A stretch of DNA of 40,315 nucleotides from Intoshia linei (GCA_001642005.1 LWCA01000204.1:1-40315); one strand, 5' to 3'; counted from the first letter of the stretch, positions 1-14,500 are shown. Translations and numbers: made by a program. The notes: generated by a model not told the origin, from the letters alone.

Positions 1-594
1 TTAATTTATTAGACAGAATGTGTGTATAATATTAAAAATAAAATAAAAACAGTCAAATCCTAAAAATTTTCATAAATAGCATAAATTCAAGCAAAATAAA
101 ATTATATAAAACCTATTTTATCATTTTCAATGTAATGATATATATTCAGAACCAATTTAATAAATACTTAAAAATACCAATTGTGTATCAATAATTAATA
201 GAATAATTAATTTTACCAATATTGCAAAGGATTGTAATATAAAAATGATTAATGTTAAAAATATGTCTATACTTTTGGCTTTTTTTCTTGTGAATGTTAC
301 TTTTCTTTTTATCATTTTCAAATTAAGTTAAATTAAGTTAGTATCAAAACTTTTATAAATTAGTTGCTATTTTTATATTTTTTGATTATATTTTGAACCG
401 CACATCGGGATATTATGAAGGTTTTACTTATAAAAACCTGAATTTTTCCTTCCTTGAATAAGGACACAATATTGAATCTTTTTTCGTCACTTATGCGCGT
501 CATTTACTAAAAAAATAATAATATTTCATTTATAGATCATTACATTTTAGTTTTTATTGAAATTTAATTTAGTTTAATTGAAATTATAAAGGCG

Positions 595-815
595 CCTAAG
601 ACTTATGTCGCTCAGAATTTTGCAATTTTAATTAAAAATACCTATATTTCATTAATTATTACATTTTTTTTATAGTTTCTATTTTTTTAGGGTTGTTAAA
701 TATTTTTTCTTGATCATACATCAGAGATATGATATAAGAAAATTTCTTAAATCATGAACCAGGAGTGTTTCAATTAATTACAATGGGGTACCTAAGACTT
801 ATGTCGCGCACTGTA
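595..815. mobile_element. Right end of a Tc1/mariner-like element with IR/DR structure
   Basis: Identical 17-mer CCTAAGACTTATGTCGC at 595-611 and 791-807, ending ...GCACTG|TA (reverse complement TA|CAGTG, Tc1-type terminus plus TA site). Partner end not seen in the window. Confidence 0.55.
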
Positions 816-1302
816 TATTACTATACATTTATGAATTCATTATTTAATTTTAAGTAAAGGAATTAGTTTTACCATTACTGATTTTCAATTTTTTTTATCG
901 GATGCCCAAAAGTAAAATTTAAAAAATATTTCAAATGCGTGGCCACTGGGTAAACGATTCATTTAAAATAAAACTGCGTACAACTAGCTAAAAAATGAGA
1001 TTGGTTAGGGTCAACTGATTTTTTTGGTCACGAAATTTGAAAAACTCTTTAACTATTATTTCTAAGATGTATTAATTTTTGATAGATCAATTGCAAACTG
1101 TAATGATCACTAAATTACTATCCTAGCCAAATCAGCCACGAATATTAAAAAGTAAGTGTTAAAAATGAAATATAATGTAATGTAGTAATATAATATAATC
1201 TCAAGTAATATAATGCATTACCAATCCAACACTGAATAAATATATCCTTAATATAAATAAACATTCATCTACAAAATGAAAACTATATAAACACAGAATA
1301 AA

Positions 1303-2528
1303 ATGAATTATGTTGATATCGGCGTGGTTCTAGATACATCTGATATAGATGTATGTATTCATAATACCTTTTTTAACACATGTGGCACACTAGGTGCATT
1401 AGAAAAATATTTATGACTTAAAAAAAATTATATTAAAATATTTTTAAATTTTCATTTTAATTATTTTTCAAATTAGGTAACTTGTATATGTGAATGGACA
1501 AATGGAATTGTATTTGGATGCAGTAATGGGTAAAGACTGTCTTTATTTATGTATAATATTTAATTCTAGACAAATCTACGTATATCGATTGCACGGTGAT
1601 AATATCAATTTTAAGTTAATATACACTATACCAGTAAATAAAAAGGTATACGTACAATACAAGTATTTACAAAATTTTTAGAAAAAAGCTAAAAAAATAA
1701 ATGCAATTTGTTATTCAAAAAATAAAAGATATTTCATTTTTTCCTATGATGGAGGGATACACATAGCTCCCTTGGATCTCAGAAATTGTCCTGATATTAT
1801 ATCTACCAAGTTTAAATGCATATTAGGTCTGTGTATAAGTTTCACTAATGTATATTTTATTTATTAGTGTATATATTGATATATAGATTTGTTTTTTATC
1901 AAAAAAACATGTCATCACTTTTTGCTTAACCTTATCAGATAAAAAAACCCCCTTATCAAAAAAAGCAAGCATTACATTAACTGAAGATGTCATCAATATT
2001 GTAATTTCATTTTTTACACTATTCCACAATACACATTACTAATTCCGATTAGTAATAATCATACTAAATTTCACAATTTTAGATGTTGAATGATAATATA
2101 GCATGTGTTGCAACAAAACAAGGAAGTTATTCGTTAGTGGTCTGTGAAACTGGTCAAGTAACAAAATTATTCAACTGTAAATTGTATATGGATCCCATGT
2201 CTCGATGTTTTACGTCAATTGGTTTAATGGGATCTGATTTTATTTTGTTGTCAGAGGATAATACAATTTTTTTTATGGACGCACTGGGTTCAATAGTGAG
2301 AACGCCAATTCGATATGAAGGAACAGAAAATATCAAAAATATAGTGGTTTTAGATAAACAATTGATTATCCTTGTTACAAGCAATTCAATTTTAGCAAAA
2401 AAGTATTTTTTCAAATTTAAATCACTATAATGCACAATATTCACAAATAGGGCAATTTTCGCAAAATCTGATGACGATTTACTTCTTCTAAACCCTCGAA
2501 TAGATGTACCACAAAATATCGTCAACTG
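1303..2528 (+). other. CNH-like repeat 1 (intron-rich)
   Basis: VTCICEWTNGIVFGCSNGQIYVY...KKINAICYSKNKRYFIFS...ICFLSK...NIACVATKQGSYSLV...FILLSEDNTIFFMDALG...LIILVTSNSI. Confidence 0.75.
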
Positions 2529-5500
2529 GCACGTTGCATACTCTTTTTATTTATTATTTATTCTGGTGGTTCTTTAAATCAGTCAATTTTTTCATAAAAG
2601 TACATTATTTCTTCTCATTAAATTAATTAATATAGGAATTAATTTTAATCAAAATTTTAAATATTTTATTTTTATCTAATAATTTGATTATTGGGAATCT
2701 AAATTTGGGATATTCCACTAAATTCAAAATTGATTCAGGGCTATAAAAATGCATCACAGCTGTGATGGCCACCATGTACCAATTTATAAATTGACTCTTA
2801 TCATTTAACAGTTAAATGGTCAACCCATATCAATATTTATCTATTTTTAAATATTTCTATTTTGAACTATTCTTAATATTACATAAATTAACAGATTGTG
2901 AACTAATCGTCCTTAAAATTATCAAATTTTGTAAAAAAAGTGTCACTGACTAAAAAAGACCCTAATTGGTAGCCATACCCTTTTTCAGTTTTACTCTTCG
3001 AAAAACGTTTTTAGGAAAAAATATTTTGTTATAATAAAATTCAGAATACAAATATAATGTAATATACTAAAAAAATTTCGATATTACCTGCGCCATCCAG
3101 TTTTGAAAAACTGATTTTACTTACATGAAATAATAATACATTTTAGTATAAATGAAGAAGAAAACATTTTCCAACAAATGCCAGTGGAGAATATTAACGA
3201 ATATTGTAGTTTCTGTACTTGTAAAGATGTGATTTTGTTACCAGTGAAAGGTTACATTGTATCCCTGTCTGAAATAAAACACCAAACAACATGTAACATC
3301 AATGAAAACAGCAATTATACTGTTAAAAAAAGTACACTTTCAAAATATGACAATTTTTCAACGGTTGATTCTAAAATAGAATCCTGCCAAGAAGATTCTC
3401 TCGGTTCAATCTCTAAAACCCCTATTAAAAAAAAACAACCAAAAACTCTGTGGAACGAAATAATGAGTGCAAAAGGTCAAGATCAAAAAATTGAAAGTTT
3501 AAACAATAAAACTGATAAATATTTAAATAAAATTGACTCATTAAGCGTATCTGACAGTACACTCGATGAATCTCATCCATACGGTAAACCAATTATGAAA
3601 TCCAGTATACATATTGAAGAAAAATTTGAATCAAAAGAGCAAATATATGATGATATAAGAAAATCATCAATGAACAGAAAAGAAAGCAAAGCAACGGTTA
3701 AAGAAAATATTTTCAAATTAAAAATTAAAGATGAAAGTGAAATCATGAACGTAGAAATGGATGAAAATAACGATTTTGTAAGAAATAATTCAATCAATAA
3801 AAATATTAAATCAAACCAAATTGATGTAGAATCCATAAACTATGAAACTATGATTATAACAAGTTCAGATGAATCCTTGAATAGGGAAAATAAGGTTGAA
3901 ACAAATAATCAACAAGGACAAGAACCAGAACCAGAGTGTACAACGAATTCCCAATATAAAAATGAAATTGAGATTACTAAATTAACGGAAACAGTGAACG
4001 TTGAATCCTATTCAAACCAGGTAGTCGAAGGTTTGGTCACAGACCAATATATAGATGTTGATGGGATTGATGAAAATAATTGCAAATGTGACGACCCCGA
4101 AAATTTACAAATTGAAAATGTGGGTCGATTCAGTAGTTCAAGTAAACTGGATATAAGCAATGATATGTGCTCAGAAAATGATCCATTTGACAAAATTACA
4201 AACAATGAGTGTCAACTTGATAGTGTTAAATCTGAAATTTCAACAAGAAAAAGAAAAAACTCTGAAACTGAAAATGAGGACAAAATATCTGTGAAAACAC
4301 CTAAAGATGATAGTGTTAGTGAAATTGACAGGTATTTTAAATATCCCCATTATTTCTCAGTGGTTTTCAATATTTATACATTTTTAGATGTCTACCAGAT
4401 GTACCATGTAAGGTCAACGTTTTCCATAAAGAAATTAACAATCAGATTAGTCGTCACCCTTCAAAATCTTCAAATCCACCGATTTTACCTAAAAAAAATA
4501 AAATTATCGTGGAAGATCTTCAAATTATGTATAATGTTATTTACATGCCAATTCAGAGATCTAAACCTATTTAAATTATTCTATAGTATTTACATCAAGG
4601 TTTCCTACACTTTTTTTAACAGCAGACTGGTAATAAATTACAAAATTCATCGCGGACCATTAAAGCGATGTTACTAGGCAAAATTTTAAAAATTTTTCCA
4701 CGGAACGGCATTTGGGTAGCGCTGATTTACATGATTGTATGTATTCAATAATATTTTTAATTACTTTACTTTGAGGTACGTTGGAAACAGATCGTTGTTT
4801 GGAACGACCAGATCCCAAGTACTGTACACAGACTTGGGTCCTGACGACAAGTTTGTAAATTGTGACTTCAAATTTTCATTTTTCCAATTTGAGCATTTTT
4901 GAAAGTTATATTTTTGTATATCACTATTTGGTGTATCAATTTGAAACTTTCAATTCAAGACCCGTGTAGAGGTGGATATGCACTTTTTTGTGCTTTTACT
5001 TATTATTTGAACTTATTCTTTAAATTTGAGTTGCGGATTTTTGGAATTTACCCAAAAGCCTAGACCAGGCATTCTCATCTCTTTTTCGCTGTGGACCCCC
5101 AAAAAAATTAATAATAATGACAATTTTTAATGAATCATTACATTTGGGTGAAACGAATGATGGTCAAAAGACATGGAGTACTTTATTTTTGCGAGGTGAT
5201 AAACTTGATGAACTATTAATATTTACCTTTAACCCGTCAATGTTCCCAAAATGGAGCATGTTTTTCAGGTATAGTTTACAGTACATTATTAATTGTTTAC
5301 TACATATTTTATCAAATCAATAAAAAGTCTATATTATTTATCTTCCCTGTGAAAAATTAATATTTTATATCCCTTGGTTGATGTTTCATAGAATTATGAA
5401 TATTGACTGATTTTTTGTCCCATTTTCAATTTGAAATTTAAAGCTTTTTTTTTATGATTAGAAACTTGGCTCGGTCATAAATTTTAATAAAATAATTAAA

Positions 5501-8500
5501 TAAAACCGCTGCTCCTAAAATAGAACAATGGAAGTTTCCCAATAAGTTTTTACACTTGTAAGTAATTTAATTTAACACCAAGTAATTTACTTTTACATGA
5601 TTTTCACGTTTTATATTAGTATTTCTGAGCCTCTATGTTTTAAAAACGACTTTATGTTACTGAAAATGTCTATAATATGTAATAAATGTATATAATTTTC
5701 ATAGACCCCCAAATAAGTGCTGTGGACCCCGTTGAGAATGGCTGACCTAAACGACCGCTACATTATTATTTCAAAAATCTCACTTTTATCCCACCATTTA
5801 TAAAATTTAATAGTATTTAATAAAAAATACCATTTGAAACCTTCAGGGTAAAATCAAATTTATCGATATTTTTTTGAAAAATCCGATTTTACCAAACCTG
5901 ATGAGAAAAATCCACTTAATCCAACTCCAAAATAAAAAATCTAATTTTACCAAGTTCTTCGAGCATCGCAGAACATACCTTACCTCATTCCGAGGGGAGG
6001 GCGTATCGAAATTTTTGTGTAAAATGGGTCTCATTTTTTAAAATTGAACATTAAAATAATTTATAAATATAATAAATAATAATATATTTTTATATTGGAA
6101 TTTTTATGTAATTGTTTGTGATGTAAAGTAAATTTTAACAAAATACTTTTTATTGAGTTTGAAAATTTAAAAAGTACTTAGTTGTACTGCACTTAGTTAA
6201 AAAAACTAAGTTGAAAAAACTACTAGGGACTATATCACATTCTGCATAGTTAAGAAAAAAATTTTAAACCCAATTTTGATTTTCGAAGAACTGACCCTAG
6301 CATGGTAGGTTCGACTCTGCACATGACTAATATACAATTTACAGTATACATATTTAATTATATTATAGAAGCAATTTACTTGAGAATCAAGACAGTAAAA
6401 GATCTAGCTTGGATTATTCAAGTAATTAATAACTACAATTATATTTTATATTCATATTATTTACTGAATATATAATCTTAGGCAGTGATTACCAATTTTT
6501 ACAATTGGAGGTCGCATAAGCTCGAATAAAAAAATAAATGCAGATTATTTAAAATTTTTAATGTGGGAATTAAGTAAGTAATATAAATTGTAATCTGTGA
6601 TAAATTATCACATATATATCACATAATATACATTTTTATAATTTTAAATTAATTTCATAAATGATGTGATTAATGAAACAATATTTTTTATTTTTTACTT
6701 AATTAATGAGCCGAATGTACTTTTTAAATCTAGTAAGCGAATCAGTGTATAGCTAAGTTTCCCGCCGGCTCTCATGAAATTAAGCGCCATTATTATAATA
6801 TTGTTTACTATTGGTTTAAATTTTTTTCACTGCTGTTCGTGAAAATCTGGAATCAACCAGTATTATCAAGGAATTAGTATTTCCACCAATAATTAATAAT
6901 AATTTTTTAATTTGATAATATTTGAAGGATATCGGTTGGACCACAGAATATCAGATTACATGTCATTTAAAAAATGGAGATTACGTAAAAAAAACATGTT
7001 TTTAAATTGGCTCATTTTAACTTGCCATCGGCTTTTGTATATTATTTTTCAAAGCGAGAATTTAAAAAATTATATATCATAACCATTTCGTGTATTAAAT
7101 TTGAAATGTCCTTTTTAGAGCCTTGGAGAGGTGACTAGGGTTATATGATACTACGCATCAAAATGACGTCTGCCAATTTTTTTAGAGGTCTCTTTTCATT
7201 TTGGGTAGCTTCGAGTTTGGTAGATTCGGATTTGCCTGATATATAATATATCATTTTAAAATGTATGTAACGTAACGTAAAACTATTCAATTATTCACTT
7301 TGTTATTGAATTCATTTTAGAAAAAAAGGTAATTAAAATTTGTCTTAAAAAATTCAATTAATATGTAAATTCAAATTTATTATTTAGAGAACTCAATCAA
7401 AATTAGAAGAAATTAAGCAGATTAAAGATAAAATAAAATTTAAAATTCAACATAAACAAAAACAAAAGGTAAAAACTGAAACTCTAGAAAGTCTTGACAA
7501 ATTTGAAACTGGTGAAATCAATATAAATCAAGAAGAAATTTCAGAGTTGAGAAATAAAGGGTATTGTATGATTATGAAAAAAATAAAATAAAATTCATTA
7601 TTTTTACTTTAATCTTTATTATAGCGAAAAATCCACAATATTAAGAAAAAGTCATCCAAAAGTTCGAAATGCTTTTAGCAACATTAAACGTAAAAGCATT
7701 CAAGTATTAAATAATTTGAATGAAGATTTAAAGTAATATTTCAAAATAGAAAATATAATAAAACAGTGTTTCTTAGCCTTTTTTCATTTTGGACTTATAC
7801 AGAACGTAGGCTACGTCACGTATCTATAGGTTAAAATTAAAATTTGTAACATAGTACGAAATTTTATAACATTTCATATTTTTGAAAATTTAGTATTAGT
7901 ATAACTTTCAATATAAAACCAACATGCATCATATTAGTCAAAATTAATCGTTTCTGAACCGATAAACAAAAGATTTGATGTAAGTGAGAAAAATACAATT
8001 TGATGTTATTTATATTTACAAAAAAAATTTTTAATTTTTTATATTGATTTTCGCTAATTCATATTTTCCTATATTTTTTCAGAAACTAGCATAATTTTTA
8101 CAAAAGTCGTACGCGCAAATTTCAAGTTTTATAAATGGTTTTGGCAATGAATTTAGATTCATGTTCATCATTATCATAAATATTGCTCGGTTGTAATTTT
8201 GTTTATATATTTTTCTATGACCTTACTAAGAGAATCGGTTGAGACACACTGAAAATTATGGTTGAGACATTATTGAATATAATATGAATTATATGTATAT
8301 TAAATATAAGGTATGCTAAGTGTCGATATTTTTTTTGTTTTTCATACGTATCTTGCCTTTATCATTCCAAAATATTATTTACCAATCTGGAATATCCAAT
8401 AAACAGTATCTATCCTAATTTGAACCTGATCGTACCAATTTTTTTAAATATTATCACGCATCATTAAAAATTAAAATTTTAAATACTAAAATACTAAAAA

Positions 8501-11500
8501 TAACTATACAAATTACTATATTATTATCAATAAAATGTGGTTGATTTTAGCTTTCTAATTCATTGATTATTTTTTCCATTTCATTTCATTATTATTCCCT
8601 TGAAATAAGGATACAGATAAAAGTAACGATTTGATGAATATAAATGTAAACAGGGTGAGATTATTCATGTGATAACAAATATATATTACCTGTTATTACA
8701 ACAAAAAGAACAATTTGCGCCTATTTTATAATATGTCACTACAGTACTAAAATATAGGGTAACCATTGGTTACTAACCAATTTATGATTTTATTTCAATT
8801 ATAAACGCATTTAAGCGATATTTATAATGACAATTTAAAATAATTTAATTAGTAAAATAATACAAAAACACTTGAAAATTTACAAAAAAATTTTTACATA
8901 CAATTCGAGTAAAGTTTCATGATACAAAAATATTTGATAAATATATTATAATATATATATTGATAATAAATATATTATAAACAATAATTTATTGGCGCAA
9001 TATTGAGAAAAACAACAACAGGTAATATCTTATCGTAATCAAAATTGTTTTATTGACAATTTCAAATTTGTTAATAATTTAATTTGCGTAATTGGTGGAA
9101 TTGGTCTTGATAATATATATTTAGTATTAATAATAATAATAATAATAATCTAAACTATTTTTTAGAAACAATGCTCAACAATTAAAGCAAGCTTTCGAGG
9201 TACGTGAAGAATCAATAAAAGAAGAAATTGACTTTGAAATAAAAGAAAACATTGAATCTGATAGTACTAAGCTGATTTTATCTAAAAACTTAAATGATGA
9301 AACTTATCAAGATTTTGAAGTATTTGCAGATATTTATGAATCTCGAAATATACAAATTAGTGAAAACAAACATAAAGATAATGAAAATGAATTAAACGCA
9401 TGTAAAAATGTTATTGGAGACACAAAAATTGATATGTATAATGAAAATGTAGAACATTTAAAAATATTAGACAAAGATGAAATTGAAAGTGACGAAAACG
9501 ACGAAGTTAGTTCTATTAATTCCAATAACGACAATAATCAAAACATAGAAAATTCGCTAAATGCGTCTTGTGACAATAAAAAAAAGTGTAAATACCAAAA
9601 AAGAGATTCATATACTTCAATTGATAAAAGTGTCAATGAAAACCTGGATAACAAAATTCATATCTTCGAAAATTATTCCAATCACCAATCATTAAGTCAT
9701 TCAATCACAGAAATAGAAATTGACGATAACTCAACAATATATAATTCACAACTCAATTTTAACAAACTATCCAATATTTGTACAAAAATTGTAAAAAACA
9801 TGGAAGCGAAAATAACGTCTTTGACGTGTTGGGACGAGGGAATTTGTCTCGGTTACGAAGATGGTACTATAGAATTGTATAAATCAACTGAAAATAAAAG
9901 CAGTTTAACATTATATGATTCAAAAAACATTTACCCTAAAAGCATTGATTGTATTTCATTTTCTTCTAGCTTAAAATTGTTTGCTTTTGTTATGGAGGAT
10001 CATATATATTGCTACCCGATTGAATTCAAGGTTAATGAGCGTAATGAAATTTACCCAAATTTTATCAAAACCCTAGAAAAATGCAAAATTAAAACAATCA
10101 GTAAAATTATTCTCAATAAAAATGGTACGGAACTAATTTTTATCAATAAACAAACAAAGTTTATAATTTGTTCAATTGAACTTGGTAGAAAAAACGTATT
10201 AAACAAAATTAAAGAAATTTCTATTCATAATTCTATCACTAATTTTAATATTTTGGGTGATATCATTTGTTTTTCAACTAATGAAAATTTATATTTTCTA
10301 CTCAATATTATTGATGAAACTATACGGCCAATGTTTAATTGCAAAACTCAGAGTCATGATAACGGCTGTAGGGAATTTAATTTAATTAATTATCATTCTA
10401 CCTTAATTGCTGTGGATAATTATAATATTTTTTTATTATCACCTGACAATATGATCATTTTAATGGATCAACTGGGAATGGTCAATAAACCTCCTGTACA
10501 ATTGGCTATTGATGATTTTATTGAAAATGTTCATATTTTGTATGAAAATGTCATTGTTGTTACTACTCTTAATTATATCTATTATGGAATGTAATTTTTT
10601 AATTTATTTTTTAATATTTGCGTTCATTTTGCGGTACCTCTAGGGGTAACTGTGTTGCATTGAATTTTAATATTATTTAATTTTTTCAATACAAAATAGT
10701 TTATAATATACCGTTAAGCGTTTGTTTAATTTATAGGGCACGTTTTGTCCAACACTTTATTCTGAAACGTCAGTTAATGTTTGATTGATTTTTTTTTAGT
10801 TTTTTATTTGACTGACTTTACTGATTAAAATGGGACTCGTTGAGATAGAACTTCACTATCTTTAATTAACATGTAAAGAAATTTATAATACTATTTTTTA
10901 ATAAAAATTATAATTATAGGTTGAACTCTGAATGGTGTGATTTTAATAAAATTTTAATTGTTAAAGAAAATTGTTCATATAATATTAAATGTAATTACAA
11001 CAACCAAATATTGTATGCTATAAATAATGCAATAATGCAAATCGGTTCAGAATATGAAGAAATTATGATAAATAATAATACAAATCAATTTATAAGCATT
11101 AAAGAATCGAAACCGACAATTAAAATTGAAGTAGAAAAAGTGACGGAGAATGAAAATGAAACTGAAAGTAAAATACGAGAAGACTTGAACATAAAATTGT
11201 TAAAAAATTTAAGGGATTACAAAATTAAAAGTTTCGCTATATGGGATGATGGAATACTTACTGGATCAGATAGTGGAATTTTAAAACTTTTTCAAAACGG
11301 AGATGAAACATTAGTATTATTGGATTCAGTGTTACTGTCCACTTACCGAAAAAAAGCAGCCAAAACAATCAGGCATATTTGTTACTCTAAATCTCGAAAA
11401 TATTTTATAATTTCATCCGGCACATATCTTCATATTTACCCTCTAAATGTACAATTGAAATCAAATCAAAACGTATTGTTTAATGAAGAAAAATGTGCAA

Positions 11501-14500
11501 ATTTTTCTCTGGATGATGAATCCATTAAAACTAAAATGAAATGTTTTGATTGTTTGAGATTATCTACCAATACTAAAACGTTATGTTTCCTTTCAAAACC
11601 CAATACGATTGTTCATTGTTCTCTGACTAATGATTTAAAAAACCCTATAAATAAGCTATCCATAATTGTATTGGATTATGATTTGTTAAATATGAAACTT
11701 TATCGAAAAATTGCATGTATCGCAACTTTAGCTGGATCTTATTCTTTGGTTTTTTTGGAAAAAAATAACCTTAAAAAATTGTTGAATTTCAAGACAGACA
11801 CCTCCAAAATAGTTATTCCACCGATAGGACAATGCTCTTCAAATTTTGTTTTGCTTTCCCCAGATAATACTATTAATATTTATGATATTAACGGCAAGTT
11901 GCAATACTCTCCAATCGAATTGGAGGAAACTAACATCAAAGAGTTGATTTTACTTGAATCAAATTTACTCATTGTTGTTGCTGCAAGCACTGTTCTTGTC
12001 AAAAGCATGTTGAAAGATAGTGACTTTCAGAAAACGAGTTTGGAAAATGAATCAGAGTGTGTTCTTGCTGGTGTTTCGGAGGATGTAACTTTTATGACTA
12101 GAGATAATGATATTTATCAGTTGTCCAATGTTTCTAATAAATGTCATGATGCTTCCAATTTAAGAATGCGACGTAGTTTAAAACTTTCCGCTAAATCTAG
12201 TATCAACAAAAGTCGACTGAGATCTGTTATTAATGAAGATTTTGTTACAATGAATTGTATTTATCAGTCTGAATCATTAGATATAACGGCGGTAGAAATT
12301 TGGAAAGTTGGGTTGTGTGTCGGGTTTAAGGATGGATCTTTAAAATTATGTTCTTATGAATTTCAAACAAATGATAAAATTTATCAATGTGATAGTAGGG
12401 AATTGTTCAATAAATTTGAGGTAATTTAATCTTTGATTTCATAATAATTGTATTAATACATTACATACCCGTTATGGACAATCTTGAGCGTAGCCACTTG
12501 TATTTGGGAAGTTTTTTGGTTATAAAATTTAGTAGGGGTTTAAGGGAATATTTTAAAAATATTTTGAATATAATTTTCGATCTAAAATATTGTAGGGTTT
12601 TAAGGGATCTTCAAAATTTTGATCGCAAAATTATCTTCAAAATCTTTAAAAATTTGCTTAAAGAAACCCACAAAAATTTCGTGAAAAAATCAATAATATG
12701 ATAAATTAGTAGGATCAATGATTATGTCGCTCTAAGACAGTGGTTTCCGATTGGGATCGCTGGACCCCATAGGTTACAAAACTATATGTTAGGTCCGTGA
12801 GATTCACATAAAATATTAAAAAACTTTTATTAAATTTTTATTATTTTTATAGGAGAATTTTTAATATTTATTACCGATTTGCCAAATGTTATGAATTTAT
12901 CCCAAAGCCTATACGACCGCTACATTCTTATTTCAAAAACCCACTTTTATGAAAATTTGCAGTGCCATAAGACTTATGGTATACACTTATGATAAGTGTT
13001 AATAAAAAATACCATTTCAAACACCCAAGGAATATTGACTTTAACCGATATTTTTTTGAAAAATCCACTTAATCTAATCTCAATATAAAAAATCCAATTT
13101 TATCAACCCTTAAAGAATAATGCTTTTTTCCAATATTTTTTTTTAAACGATTTTACCAAATCTTATGAGAAAAAACTGTTAATTTTTTCATAAATGTTTT
13201 GTATTTCATGTTTCCTTTTGAATCCAAAAAAATAATATTTTGAAATGCGGGTCCGTACACTATTTAATTGAGACCACTGCTCTAGAGAATTGACATCCCA
13301 TTGGTCATTTGTCAAATGTCAGTGTCAGTGTTAAATTACTAAATATGATTGTAATGTTGCATAATGATTATAAGTATAATCATTATTAATATAATAGAGA
13401 AAATCTTCTATTCGAAAAATAATATACGTAAATCGATTAAAATTGATGATTATTGCTGCAAAACAAAGATTATACATTTGGACAACTGTAAAAAAGTACA
13501 CTGAAAAAATGGAAAAATTTTTTGTTTTCAAAGATAATGCATACAAAACCAATTATGAATATCTCGATTTTTTAACCCTCTCATCTCAAGATGATTCGGT
13601 ATTTATTGATTAATTTGTCTTTTCAAAATTATTCTTATATTTAGATTACATTTTTGACCAATCGACGTTGTATTACTTATTGTAAATTGGTTAAGGGTGG
13701 AGATCGTTTGATTCACTTGGTACATAACATTCAATTGAAAACAAATGTTGTGAATATGAAAGTTAATGATAAATTTGCTTGTATTGCTACAGATGATGGG
13801 TTTTATTCTATTGTTTCCCTGGAAAATGCTACCATTAGTAGGCTTATCGCATCCAAATCATTTAAACCAGTTATTTTTAAATTAATATTAAAATAAAATT
13901 ATATGAGTCTATATCAGGGGTGTCAGACTTAATTTACGTGGCGGTCCAAATGTGAAAAAAATTATTACGCGGACCGATCGGACAAACGGACGCGGACGCG
14001 AACAAAAAATCTTTACTCAAACCATTATTAAACTAACATTTTTAATTAATTAATAAAATAAAATAAAATAAGACACAATAATAATGGAATAAGTATAAAT
14101 AATGTTAAAATTGTAATCAGGAATAAATAAATCATGAAAAATATATGAAAAAAAAAATATGTGTAAAAAATTTATATTATAATCAGGGCGCATAATTGAC
14201 ACCCTGATATAAAATTATATAATGATGTATATTTATGTTTTTTTATTATAGAACTCACCACCAATCGGAAACTATTCGTCTAATTTTATAACATTAACTA
14301 CAGAGTCAATGTTGGTTGTGGTAGATCATAATGGAAATGCAGTTTTTCCTCCTTTTGATGTTAAAGGTTCTAATATCAGTGATATAATTGTACTCCAAAA
14401 AAGTCTGATGATTATAGTAAATTTTAACTCAATTACGGTGAAACCTTTGACATATGAAACAAATGATTCTCAGAAGGTTATATTACACGGGAGTAAAAAT

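Noticed and set aside
4775-4855. Hairpin-rich GC patch with GAAAC and CTGACGA, resembling a hammerhead ribozyme core
   Set aside because: I could not fold stems I-III with a correctly placed NUH cleavage site; probably transposon sequence
6296-6330. GGTTCGACTC B-box/T-loop-like motif
   Set aside because: No A-box or cloverleaf can be formed; at most a SINE or tRNA relic
6482-6510. Alternative 29-nt bridging exon (ag|GCAGTGATT...GGAG|gtcgca) for the giant gene
   Set aside because: Weak donor, and it coincides with a hAT-like terminus CAGTGATTACCAA; the 7321-7328 microexon has better splice sites, though this option is not excluded
2154-9534. Minus-strand ORFs 2154-2525, 3573-3836, 4008-4205 and 9334-9534 (also 13331-13552, 15694-15885, 24718-24900, 33601-33822)
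   Set aside because: Antisense shadows of real exons with no recognisable motifs
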